A stretch of 64,000 nucleotides of DNA from Phallusia mammillata (Eukaryota), in the NCBI GenBank assembly GCA_965637545.1, contig OZ281494.1, positions 930,001 to 994,000 on the forward strand, written 5' to 3'. The notes beneath the pieces are model-generated. The model was not told where the DNA came from, searched no databases, and worked only from the letters and a program-made list of their open reading frames with translations. Every line of letters begins with the position of its first letter. The first letter of the stretch is position 1. Shown piece after piece: positions 43,478-56,502 of this stretch. Made by a program: the position numbers and the translations under genes.

Positions 43478-45955
43478 TGCTACGTGGCCTTCTAATACAC
43501 CGTTCAACAACAGATGCAAAAACAGGAAACCGTATTGTGATCGTAAAACAATTGTTCGAGGTACACACGGTTCATACCAGGATACCGTATTGTTATTAAC
43601 CAACGATGATTAAGTCGTTTTTCTGATCAACAACCTTGTTTGTGCACGCTTCGTTGGGAAAAACAACCCTTATTATTGTAAAGTACTAGATGTGCATAAA
43701 ACCAGTCACATATTTGTAAGGTTGGCGGTTCCAATTCCAGCTCGGCCTCTAAGATGACCCAATGGTTTGTGCAACCACCTTGCAATCGTAAGGTTGGTGG
43801 TTCTAATTCCAGTTTGGCCTCTAAGATGACCCAATGGTTATGCAATAACATGAAGTTTATTGGTTAAACAATCCTGTACAACAATAGTCCTGAAAAACAT
43901 GAACGCATGTGGCGTTTGATCTGATGAGCTATAATGACAGCTAATAGCTGCCGAGCGCGCAACGATTTCCGCGCATATATCGTGTGTTGTTATACGACCC
44001 TGTGTTAGTAGCTGTGTGCCGTTCATATACCAACTGATGTTTCATAACATACAATACTTCAAGGGATCAGATAATTCTGTTTTGAAAGGTTTAAATTACC
44101 AATGGGTATCCTTTTACAAACACTCAAAATTTATGGTTTTAAATCCCAAACGATAGCTGTAATAGGCTTGGGAGGAAATTTGTTTTTACTTGGTGCAACT
44201 GCCCATAAGTTATGGAATGTGAAGAAAAACTGAAACGTTTTCATGAGCACCAGCATTTATTATATTTTAACCTCTGTTGCCCAGACTTTTTTCATGGGAA
44301 TTTATCGATTGATGTTTTTATCTACAAACAGAGTAAACACATGAAATGATCCAGAAGCAATGATTTTAGCTCCAAGATGCAAAAGAGAATCTCGAGGTTG
44401 ATTTTGACCGACTTCTGTCGCTAGATTCTAATTTGTGTCATGGGCTCTTTAAGTGTTGGAGGAATCAAGATACCACCAGATGCTTATGTGTAGAGCGTTT
44501 GTCTGTTGCTTCCAATCAACAGTGCCCTTAAAGACCTTTTGTTTGCATTTCACTTATTGGATTTGGCTGAAGGTTGTTGTATAGTTACTCAAAAAAGGAA
44601 ACTACAACTACATTTGCAAACAAATGGACTGTAGCGCCCACTCTCACTGCGATTATCGTATTCTTGCATACTACTTTTTCAAAATGACAGAAGCCACAAA
44701 CTCAAAGAATGCTGTAGCGGTTAAGTTCCCTGCGCTTTGGACAGCTCAGCCACGAGTTTGGTTTCAGCAAGTTAGCTCTAAAAAGCATCTCAAGAGATCA
44801 AGCAAAGTATTATTTTGTTGTTTCGACTCTGGATCAGGACACAGCCAATCGTCTTATCCGTCTGTTAGAAAAACCGCCAAACGCCGATAAATACGAGGCA
44901 ATCAAGGTACGTTCAATATATTTTATGTTTTTCGCTCCCACAGACGGCCATGTGACTACTTCACTTGTCTCCTTTGGGCGACAGAATGCCATCCGCTTTA
45001 ATGGATGACATGCTTGCATTGCTTGGCGACGCAAAGGAATGTTTTGTTTTCCAACAACTGTCTTTGGAGCGATGCACACGCCTGAGCAGAGAGGTACAAA
45101 CTGTTACGTGGCCATGATTTAATACATCGTTCAACAACAGATGCAAAAACAGGATACCGTATTGTTATTAACCAACGATGATTAAGTCGTTTTGCTGATC
45201 AACAACCTTGTTTGTGCACGCTTCGTTGGGAAAAACAACCCTTGTTATTGTAAAGTACTAGATATGCATAAAACCAGTAACATATTTGTAAGGTTGGTGG
45301 TTCTAATTCCAGCTCGGCCTCTAAGATGACCCAATGGTTTGTGCAATAGCATGTGGAGTTTATTGGTTAAACAGTTAGAAGTACGAAAAACTTTAACGCA
45401 TGTGTTCATTGTCGAGGGTTTTTCTGTTCCTTGCTTTACTAAGCACATTTTTTTCTACAGCATTCAGAAACGGCGTTTGATCTGTTGAGCTATGATGACA
45501 GCTAATTGCTACCTAGCGCGCAACGATTTCCGCGCACACATCGTGTGTTGTTATACGACCCTCTGTTGTTAGCTGTGTGCCGCTAATATACCAACTGATG
45601 TATTACAACATTTAGATAATTCGGTTTTGAAACATTTAAATTGCCAATCCCACATGGATATCTTTTCACAAACACTCAAAAGCCATGAGTGCAAATCCTA
45701 AACATATTGCTGTTTTGGGCAATAGCTGTATAAGCCTTTGGAGGAAAGCTGTTTGTATTTGTTACAACTGCCCATAAGTTTTGGAATGTAATTATGAACA
45801 CCAGCGTTTTTGTTCTTAACCTCTGTTGCTCAGATTTCCTCATGGTAATTTATCTGCTTATGTTTTTGTCTACAAACAGAGCAACCGCATGTAAGGATCC
45901 AGAAGCAATGATGTCAGCTCCAAGATGTAGGAGAGAATTTCGAGGTTGATTTTTC
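43478..45955 (+). repeat. Two ~850-930-bp direct repeats (43478-44410, 45102-45955) flanking a gag remnant
   Basis: Both start TG(C/T)TACGTGGCC and stay alignable to GAGGTTGATTTT. Confidence 0.8.
44684..45101 (+). mobile_element. Ty3/Gypsy-like gag remnant (frameshifted)
   Basis: AVAVKFPALWTAQPRVWFQQV..KYYFVVSTLDQDTA..KYEAIK..LGDRMPSALMDDMLAL..FQQL.LER, a pattern typical of Gypsy gag N-termini. Confidence 0.75.
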
Positions 45956-45989
45956 GGTTTAGAGACCACTTCTACAAATAGAAAACTGT

Positions 45990-48451
45990 ATTACTTTTAT
46001 TGTTGTTAGCGATGGGAACTCCAATCGTTGCTTGTCTTTTGAATTCCGCCACAAATTCATCGGAAATGCGACCACCTTCCCCAAATTCACAGTGAGATGT
46101 AAATAAACTCCTTTTGTTGCCTTGCAAGCTCCCATCAACTCCCGATTTGCTGTTCGGTTGAACAACAAATAACCTGTCAAATACCAAGTGAGGGTTTTTT
46201 AACCAAGCGTACATGTAAAGCACCAAAGCAGGGGGTTATCATTCAAAATATGTTATCATACAAATATCAGAGAAATGCATAAACAGGTTAAAATCACTGC
46301 TCCAAAACACGAAACCCACCCAAAGCCTGCGCGACCGACTGCCGAAGCAGCTTATCACTCGAATTAAGTTTCTTCAGCAGTTTAGGTACAGCCCCACACG
46401 TCACAATGGCATCAGGCAGTCCAGCTCTGGTGTGTGCCAGGGAGGCGAGGTAATCCGCTGAAACAGAACACGCCGTAAATACTTTGTACAACAACTAAAC
46501 TTCCACACGTCACACATGTGATAGGTTTGTGACGACACGATCCAGAAGCTTTAAAATATTACAGATTTGTTACAAAGTTCATCAACATGACCTTCTACTT
46601 CAAAAGCATACCTGAAAACCTGCACCTGTCACGTGACCAGGGTCATTGCAGCGGATCAAATCCTCAAACGTTGTGAGATTCAAGCCACCCAAGCGTGAAA
46701 TTCGTTGTTGTAGAGTAGACGATAAAATGCGAACACAGCAAGTGCTTAGGCTGCTTGAAACTTAACTGACTGAAAACAACTGCATATTACCACAAACAAC
46801 CGAACAAAACTATGATGACGCACCAGGTTGGTGGAGTTGAGTATTTCCAAAATGATTTCGAATCCGAATCCATCCAGGTCATTCAACTTCTCCTCATTCT
46901 CCTGGCATCCGCTCACCAAACAAGCCAAGCAGTGCAACATACTAGCCTGACAATAGACAGTGATTAATAGTGACGTCACACATAGCTTGATGATGACGTT
47001 ACCTGCAGCATCTTATCACGTGACGTCCTCTAGGCCCGGTTGAGCAATAGCTCTATGGCGCCCTTTTCGGCAATGAGAAGTCTGTTTGACGCCTGGACCA
47101 GTGTGAAGTTAAATACACAGTAGAAGTTTATCTAAGACATGTTGTTTAGAGCGTCGAGGGTTGCCATCACGACCTTCCGAGCTGATCTTTTCAATCGCAA
47201 CAATCGGATGAGCGGAGGAATGGTGCTGTCACGTGACAAGCCACTAGACAAACTTTTCTGGCGCTAAGGCGCGTCCAGAGATAATCCAGGTTTGTGCATT
47301 CGGCCCTTAATTAATCGTCACCTGATAGTAGGGCGAGCAAATCAGGGATTTTCATCACGCCTGAGCGCCACCACGAGGACAGGCAAAGAGGTGATAAATT
47401 GCAGCAGTTGTAAGTTCCTCTGCCCCATAGGATCGCGTTTCATCGCTGAACGAATCATCCAACCTGACAACATTCAAACCAGAGCTCCTAAATATTTTGT
47501 ACTGAGGATTTTGATTGCACACTTTTATAATGTGACAATGTTTAAAATCTTAAATGGTTGACGGGGAAGTTATAGGGTAACAGGATTTTCCACTTTTATT
47601 TTAGAAAGCTCGGCTTTTGTCCTAACTGTTCAAAAACAGTGACGAAAATACAAAGGATGTTTTGTTCCACGATTGTTACGACGCAAGTAAGAGCATTTAA
47701 CACGGAAACTTCACTACGGTGTACAGCTGCTGAAAAAATGGTGTCCTGCATAATGTTATTTTGCTCGGTAGATTTGTGCGTTTGAGTATTTCAAAAATTT
47801 TGCAATAAAGTATATTAGTAAGATCGACTCTATTGCGTCACAATTACCTCTATATCACGAATGTCCAAACAAGGACTAAATGACGTGTTATGTTTCGTGC
47901 CGTAAAATATTTTGCTGACTTTATTAACAATCCCCTCATGTTTAAAAAAACCCGGTTTAAACCCTTACAAACACTTCATAACATCGGTTTCACGTCACTC
48001 ACGTGATGACGTAATCGTCGAAGCAATCGTTGCAGCGACATCGGGTGGATGTGGTCAGTAAGCGTGACGGCGGAAGATATGTCGCATTTCGCGTGCAGCG
48101 CAAGTACGTTCGCGACAGGAGACACACATACGCGCGACATGTGCACAGACAAGACACATTTCATTTCTCTGAAAGGAGAAAAAAAGTATTTTAACAAACT
48201 ACAGTACATTAGTAAGCCTACGATTTTTCAACGCCTATTAAATATAACGAATCTAACCATATTACAAAAATACCAGCAAGTTTTTATGCTAATCGGTTTT
48301 ACCAGCCGAACGTCACGTGATTAGATAGAGGCAAAATACCCGAGTAGGTGTTGAAGAAAGGATTTTCTTTCTCTGCCGAACACTCATCAGGATCAACTTT
48401 CTTCAAACTTTCGTACAAATCCACAAACGTTGGATCTGATGTCACATATTC
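45990..48451 (-). pseudogene. Degenerate multi-exon armadillo-repeat gene (5' end not defined)
   Basis: Exon-like blocks 48451-48340, ~47490-47320 (frameshift), ~47250-47140 (TIPPLIRLL), ~47095-47000 (LLIAEKGAIELLL, TAG at 47030-47032), ~46950-46790, ~46470-46310 (GAVPKLLKKL..LRQSVAQALG); ARM-like GxIxxLVxLL pattern. Confidence 0.6.
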
Positions 48452-50369
48452 CTGAACCTACGGATAAAAACAAGTTTTTACACACCCGTTGATGGTTTCA
48501 AACCCGAATTCACTTTCTGTATAAAACGTAGTTAATAAAATATCGAAAAATTAGTTTCTGTGCACAAATATTTTATGCAATTAAAATGTCGCAGAAGAGA
48601 TGACATTGATCACAATATTAAATTTCCAGGAAATCCCGCTAGTGTTAATATTGATTGACGTTTCCTCGCCAGTAATTGCGCAACAAAAATATCCAATCCA
48701 ATATTGGTGGTTTAATTTAAACGGTTGTGATAATTATAGAACATTGATTTGAAATTGCTGAGGAAATATTATGTTCAAAAGGGTCAGTTTTGTACGATGA
48801 ATTTTTTTACCACAGTCTTGAAACGAGAAAAACAGACTGTCGCACGAAAGCGCAATCGATAATGTTCATAAATAATATTTTTTATACAAACAATCTATTT
48901 TGGAAATTTCTTAAACTGGCGGATAAAGCGAAATATACATTATAAAAATCATTAATATGAGATATATTTCACAACTATATTAGTATTGAAAATGGTCGTT
49001 ATAAATATATAGTGTAATTAATTTAATTTGAAATGTGCTCTATCATCGGTGCTTTCTTATCTCGTCGGCTCCACTCAGAACAAATCTATATGATGCTGTC
49101 GCCGGTTTGCTGAGTCATCTTACTTCTTACGTCATCTAGGTTGTATTTCTGAAAAACCATGGATCCGATCATGGTCGCTTCCTTATCCCTCGTCTTCACT
49201 CAGCTACAGACAAATCAGCAATGCCTAAAAACACATTTTGCAACAAACAAGGCGAGTGTCATATGGGTTTCGAAGTCGCACTGATTCATTAGTGGTTGCG
49301 TCACATGCGTACAAAACAAAATGCAGATTAGTGTTCATGTTATTCTATAAGATCATGATGCATAGTGCTGCAAAAAACATGTTTTGAGTAAATAGAATAA
49401 AAGGGAATTGAAACAAAGAAAACCAAATAGGACAAAACAAGGTTCTAGATGGGGCCCTAAACTTCGAACCATGTTTTTACATATCATATTCCACTAACAA
49501 CGCGAACCTGTAGCTTGACTTCCTCCATCCGCTCCAACAACACGTGCTTTTAACGCCTCATATCACCTGTTTGCCTTTTGTATCAACCTCAGCGCCCCCT
49601 GCAAGTCAGCTTTGGAGTCCCAATCCTTCTGCCCGTGGAGTTTTTGGGCAACGATTACTTAATCACTTTACCGCGCGTTTTGACCGAACAATCGCCCCCT
49701 CAGGGACGAAACAACTCTTGGTTTACAAACAGTGGAAAGAAGTGACAACAGAATCAAACACTGACTTGTGTCAGGTGATGTCCCATAAACATAACCAGGA
49801 CGAACTTGATTCGTGTGATGCACTTCAAATCTGTTCTCAATTGTCGTTGTTTATAGCTCAGTAAAATGTGTTTATTACAACAGCACGTCCCAACATTTAC
49901 AAGCTCGAGGCCATAAGAGAACTAAGATATGAAAGTCATGAATTTGTTTTCAGTAACTTATAATAAAACATGTTTTTCATAATTTCTCTGCATTTTTGCC
50001 AATCTTTCCCACGTGATTTAAAACATATCATACAAACAGTAAGACATCTGCGAAATTAATCCTTACGTAATAATAACGTTTTGCTTGTTAAGTTTGCGAG
50101 GAGTTACAATCCAAAAGTTTCCAAAACAAAAACCAAGCTAACAATTCGGTCAATCACCTGAATTCATTTGATTAGTTGTAACAACTTTCCTCAGATTCTA
50201 AACCATCGTCGTTTTAGTGTCACAACTGTTTGTACATTCATCTCTGCTTAGAACTTTGGAAGCTGATCATTTTGTTGTCGGGTTGATGCAGGTTGTGTGC
50301 AACTAATCAATCGCGCTCAAAAAGTGAAATTACGACTTAAATGGCAGAGTTTAAACTAGAAAATACGGA

Positions 50370-51900
50370 ACAAGCGTTTCGTCCACCAGGTTGCATATTT
50401 AACAAGTTTGTCGGTCAACTGGTGTAATGCTAAACAAAATACTAGTTGTTTTTTTCAAGAACTTGTATTTTTGCTAACGTTTCGTCCACGAGAACAGCAG
50501 GTCTTCCTCAGAGCAATGACTGATGTATTTGTGAGCCAACAAACGAGAAAGCGCAAGCACAGCGGGTTACGATGAAAATTAATTACACAATAACAAAGGA
50601 CATCCGAAAAAGTTGCGCCCGTTACAAAACGATAAAGCGGAACTAATGTCCGAAATTTGAAGGACTGGTTGGACGCAAAATGTCGCGGAAAACCGGGCTA
50701 AGGTTTTGGCCATCATTGCGATTAAGAACATTTGAATTGGAGTTTATGAGACAACTTTCAAATACCAACCTTTTCGACCAATTTGGTTCCTGTTTCAAAA
50801 TTTTCGCATCATTCCAATTAATGCGGTGGTCGCATTCCAACATGTGTTCGCATAAGGCGGACTTACTAATATCCATGTTTTTGACAGCCGCCTTATGTTC
50901 TTTGAGTCGTGAATTTGATTTTCGCTTGGTTTGGCCACTGTAAATTATGTTGCAATCACGACATATCACGATAAACAATTTCTGTACGGTGTTGAGGTAT
51001 CGTGGCATCTTTAGGTTTTGGTAGCGACTGTCCAATTGTTTTTAGAGGTTTCATTGCCACTTTTACCTCAGCATCGTTCAAGATTCGTTGTAGGCGCTCC
51101 GATACACCCTGGACGTATGGTAAGCAAGTGAATGATTTGAACTGTCTGTTTTGTGAGGTGATAGTGTTATGTGTACTGTGATGCAAGTTTCGCGGGAAAC
51201 CGTAATTCTTCAACACGCGTGCAATGTTCTTGCATTCGTGTTTTTGAATAGCCGTAACCGTGATGTGTGTTTTGGCTCTGCTGTAGAGTGTTTTGGCGAC
51301 CGTAACTTTTTGGTGTCGTGGATGGTGAGATGTGTAGTGTAGGTAGCGATCAGTGTTGATGGGCTTCTTGTAAATGTTTGTGGCGAGCCTCTGGTCTGGC
51401 TGCCTGGTGACAGCCACATCCAAGAAGGCTATGGTATCGTGTTTTCGGTTTCCATTGTGAGTGCTACTGTAGGTGATATGGTGTTCAGGTGTGTGTGAAA
51501 TGTGTGGATCATGTTCTTGTCAATAATGACGTATGTGTCATCAAGTTAACGAAGCCATAGCCGTGGTCGTGTTTGGAAAGTTGTAACTGTCTTTTGTTCT
51601 ATGTGTTCCATGGCGAGCTTGACGAGAATTGCCGAAATAGGTGAGCCCATGCGTGTGCCAAAAATTTGTTTGTATATTGTGTCTTGTGAGTAAAAACTGT
51701 TGCGTTAAGGCAAATCTGTAATGCTGTTTCTATGTGAGAAAGATCCAGTCGAGTGCGTTCGTGTAGTGCAGTGTCGTGTTTGAGTTTGTCCAGCGTGACC
51801 GCGAGCGCCAAATCAGTTGGTACGGATGTAAACAAACTGACAACATCAAAAGAAACTTGGTTTTATATTAACTTCTGAAATTGTTTCTAAAAAGTCCAAT
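50370..51900 (-). mobile_element. Penelope-like retroelement fragment (RT + GIY-YIG endonuclease + pLTR), frameshifted
   Basis: SFDVVSLFTSVP; FLDV..TDRYLHYTSHHP..K; C..C..IYSGQT.R..RLKEH..SALCEH..HRINW..ILKQE..KRLVFES; the 3' pLTR carries a hammerhead. Confidence 0.9.
50471..50516 (-). ncRNA. Minimal type I hammerhead ribozyme in PLE pLTR
   Basis: TTGCT-CTGAGGA-A-stem II-GAAACGTT-AGCAA; stem I is a perfect 5-bp match; palindromic ACGT stem III. Confidence 0.7.
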
Positions 51901-54366
51901 TTATGTCTGTATATGGGTCAGGCGCGCCATTCAGGTTTTTTACACAAGGACACAAGGCACATGTTACGTGGGGGTGACAACTGACGGATAGTTGGACTCA
52001 ACATAAACATAACAATCACGTTTTACCATAAACTCGTTGCAGAGAAAATGCCACAATATTCGCATAAGCAACTCTAGATTTCGAAATGATTTTTTGTGTC
52101 AGCTGAGCTTCTTGGGATATGTTATTCTTTACTTGGAAGCTTGTCATTTTTTCTGTTTCTCGTGGTTCGTATCGGTCGGCTGCAGAGTAGCGAGTAAGTT
52201 CATTACTGCGATTCTTAACACTTGTTGCAAAGAGCCGTCATGATCCACAAAAGATCAATTTAGTTTTTCTTTATTCCGGTTACACAACACACATCAACCT
52301 TCATTGTTTTTGTGGAAAGGAAACGATGAAAAAGAGAAAGATCAACGATAAACATTGGCATTTAAACTGATACGCATTTTTTTCTTGTGATTTTCGCAAA
52401 ACAGCACCTTCATTTACTCACATCAGTTATGAGGTTGTTTTAAGTCAAAAGCTTACAACGATATGTGGAAATGCAATTAATTGCACAATTATTTTGCAAT
52501 AACCGGCATACGCAACTGCCCAGCATATTGTCAGCCTGCTTCAATAAACTGGAAACCGGAAACATGAACTAGTGTTGGAATGGCAAACACACATTTCCAA
52601 AAGGTATTGAATAATAAACCCCATGGAACATTCTAGCAACACCGCTCAATGACATACGTCACAAAGATGAGATTTTCATGAGAACGATAATTTACATGGC
52701 TCAGCCAAAGCACCAGATATACCATCAACCCAGTTGACAAATGTAGTGTTTGAGACAAGAAACAGTGCTTGTGATTTAATGTAACCTGTGCCCAGGAAAG
52801 GCTTCTCTCGTGTTGAAACCCAGTGAAAGGTCGATTTTTCTAGCCTACCCCTGAAAAGATTTTATTGTTCTAGCCTACCCCTGGCAGGGATTTATTTTTC
52901 TAGCCTACACCTGGTGGGATTTGAACCCACAATCTTTGGCTTGTGGACCCCCAACCTGCTTACGTGGAAAGCGGTTTCGAAAACGCGGAAACAATAGACG
53001 ACGGTAAATAGACTGGAACAATTGAGCTCTCGAAATGCTGCAAATGATCATTTTTTACGACGATACAATTCCGTTCTCGTGCTGTCATTCTCTCGTTTCT
53101 ATTTTGACCGATTTCAAAAGTCTAATTTCACCCAATATGTTATTATTTCGCCAGTTTTTATTGTTTTAAAACTGTGATGTTTAATTTCAAGACAAAACAA
53201 CTGCCCCAAACGTTTCAAATACATGATTTATGTCACAGAAATAGTTAAACTTAAGGATTTCTCTTCAGGTAATCAGAAAGGGAAACTGTCTAAAACTCAC
53301 TCGGAAAACATAACATCATTTTGATTCCATACCTTTGCAACGTGTTATTGAAAGCAAAACAGTTTCAAGATACAACGACTTCATTTTGTCGTAAATATAT
53401 CACAGAAACAAATGACTATTTTACCCTCTTAAAAAAAAAACATAAAACAAGAAAAAATTAAATATCAACATTCAGGTCTCTTTAGCATTAAATCTTTCAT
53501 CATTAGACTAAAACGATTTGCTGTCAAGGTTTGAATTGTAAGTTTTTATGTTTCTCTCATACCAAAAAAAAAATGTAAGAGCCTTTAATTTCAGAGACAT
53601 TACAGTATTTGGTCATTGTTCCGATATTAAATATATGCCGTAAACGTATTTTTTGCTTAAACGCTTAACATTTCAATAGATCGAAAAGGGGAGTGAGAAT
53701 AACTGAGTTCACATGTGTTAAAAGTAGTGTTTTTCATGCAATAATTTCAGAACCAAAACAATTTCTTCAAATTTGCCTTATTAGTCAATCAAAATGCCCC
53801 AGTATCCAGATGCAACATTCGATGGTTGCAGGTTATCCGCTAGGTGACGCAATGTCATTACATATTGGTGGGATAACCAAAGTCAAAAAAAGCTGAGAGC
53901 ACTGATTGCTCATTTTCTTTTAATGTGCTATAGGACTTACGTTTCTCTTTGCTAAAAAACTGCTAAATCCACGGAAGGTATTTAGAAAACGCTGAAAGGC
54001 TTTTATTGCAAAACAGCAAGGTTACAAACAGCGAGATGGCAAAAGGATTTCTGGTCATGGTTTTGATAACTTTCCTGCTGGTTTGTTGCACAAGTAAGTA
54101 AATTAAATCTATAACACAATATACGTTGTAATTTAGATTGATATAGTGATAGATTAGGTCACCAAAATTCAAATTAAGAAAAATTACAGTAATTGATGTC
54201 TGAAATATTTTAATGTGATCTTAAAACTCGGCAAAACTGTACTAGTGCCCAAGAAATGGACAATTATGTGTCTTAGAATCGGTAAAACAAACGCAAAAGA
54301 AACCCAATTACATTTTGTAGGCATTTCTCATTGCAAAATTTCGAAATCAATTTAATTCATTTAGGC

Positions 54367-56423
54367 CAGGGTTTCCCAACCGGTGGTACGCGTACCACTA
54401 GTGGTACGCGACGGCACTCCAGGTGGTGCGCGAACACCTTTTGGTATTTTGCGATTTCCGTATTTTTGCACACAAATCACAAGTGATAACAAAATGTCTG
54501 TTACTGAATCCACTGGGTTACGTGTCACTTCTATGTTTGCTCCAACTAACCCATTTAAGGTGCCACCAGTAAGGTAGGCATTGTTTGAAAATAATATGTC
54601 TTTGTTCTAATTATTTCGTGGTAACAATAACAAGCGTAGAGATAATGCGCCTGTAGTTGAATTAGTGTGCTTGAGAGTTGTAGTCTACTGTAGAAAGTGC
54701 GTTACAAACGTTTTACCAATTTGATTTCGAAAAATGTCGAAGCTAGAGTATGACACGGGTTATCTAAAATATGGATTCGTAGAAATTGAACACAGAGGCG
54801 AGGATCTCCCGCAGTGCGTGGTTTGCATGAAGACGCTCTCGAATAGTGCCATGAAAGCAAGTCTGCTCAAGCGGCATCTTGAAACAAACTATCCTACAAA
54901 AAAAGGACCAAGATCTTAGCTACTTTCAGCGCCTTGGAGAAAAAGCTAAACAGCAACGCATTGATAAAACAGGCGCCGTGTACCAGAGCAGCTCTGGGAA
55001 TGTAGAAGCTTCATTTGCAGTTCCCCTCCTGGTTGCCCAAAACATTAAGGCACATACAATTGCAGAGTCTCTAATCATGCCAGAGGCGAAAATCTTGATT
55101 CGAAACGTGATTGGGGTGGAGGCGGAGGCCAAGTTGTCCAGTGTGTCCCTGTCTAATAACACTGTGAAGCGTCGTATTGAGGAAATGTCGATCGACATTG
55201 CCGACCAAGTTGTTGCAGCAGTGAGATCTTCAAAGTATGGGTTTGCAATTCAACTTGACGAATCCACGGATGTCACCAATTGCGCTGAGTTACTGGTATA
55301 TGTCCGATACATTCAACAAGACAAGTTAAATACCGAATTACTGTTTAAGTCAGAACTTGTCAGGCACAACAAAAGGAGCGGGTTGTCAAAATGGTTAATG
55401 CAGTGAAAACGTCTGCCTTGAATACTTGATTGTTCACACTGCTCTGCGAAGATCTGGGCTCTCAACACACTTGTCTCCTTTACTAAACGGAGGTGCGTTG
55501 GCTTTCCCGAGGCAACGCGACGAGACGCATTTTCGAACTTAAAGAAGAATTATACGTTTTTTTCAAACAAAAGGACCATGAATTTTAAAAAGACTTTGAG
55601 GATGAAATGTTTATCGTAAGGTTGGCTTACCTCTCTGATATTTTTGGGGTCATCAACCACCTGAACCTATCAATGCAAGGAACTGACTGCACCGTCACTC
55701 AGTTTATCTCAAGGCTACGGGCATTAGTGCGCAAGCTGGAACTTTGGTCAAATAACGCAAAAAAAACAATCGCTATGGAATGTTCGAACTATTTCTTCCG
55801 GAGGACTATGGCCAAAGTGATGATGAGATATTATGCAACCTCACGGTACTAAAAGATGAGTTTACTCATTACTTCCCGGATGTGGATTGCTGTCCCTACA
55901 TCACTAATCTATTTTCTGTGGACCCAGCCGACCTATCTGTTGGAACTGGGGAGCAAGAGCAGCTCATCGATATTCAGGCTGACGACACTACACAGGCAAT
56001 GCACAAGGAATATTCTCCAACAGTTTTTTGGCTGAATATGGCCTCCTCGTATCCCACAGTAGTCGGTCGCGCTATACCTCAGTTACTAATATTCCCTACT
56101 ACGTGGGAGTGCGCGCAGGGATTCTCTTCAATGATAAATATCAAGAAGAGTCGTAACCGCCTTACTTCCCTCGGCCATGATTTCCGATGTGCAGTAAGCA
56201 AAGTTGTGCTCCGCATCGATCGACTTGTAGAAGGCAAACAGATACAGATTGCTCATTAAATTTATCTTTTCTCCATTTTTACTTCTTCGTTACATTTTCA
56301 TTAGTCGATTCGGGAAATAAAAAAGTGATCTTCTCGAAAGTATTTTTCTAAAAACAAGTGGTACGCGGCAACAATGTGTTGCCTTCAAGTGGTACGCGAC
56401 CACAAAAAGGTTGGGAACCACTG
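54367..56423 (+). mobile_element. hAT transposon, Buster/Charlie (ZBED5/SCAND3-like) family, degenerate transposase
   Basis: TIRs CAGGGTTTCCCAACC / GGTTGGGAACCACTG; perfect 8-bp TSD ATTTAGGC; BED finger (PQCVVC..L..H), SLSNNTVKRRI, FAIQLDESTD, LLVYVRY, FPTTWECAQGFS, K.RNRL; several frameshifts and internal deletion. Confidence 0.95.
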
Positions 56424-56502
56424 ATTTAGGCAATAGTCAGTCACTCAAACGAAAATTGCTTACGACAACAATGTATAATCTCAATTGTTTAAATTGTTAT
56501 AA

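Noticed and set aside
49544-49864. 106-aa ORF between the ARM remnant and the PLE
   Set aside because: No recognisable domain, no ATG start and no consistent splice context.
52119-52193. Candidate signal-peptide exon (MLFFTWKLVIFLFLVVRIG) for the lectin-GPCR gene
   Set aside because: Needs removal of one T from a homopolymer, ends in phase 2 whereas exon A needs phase 1, and is not homologous to the other signal exons.
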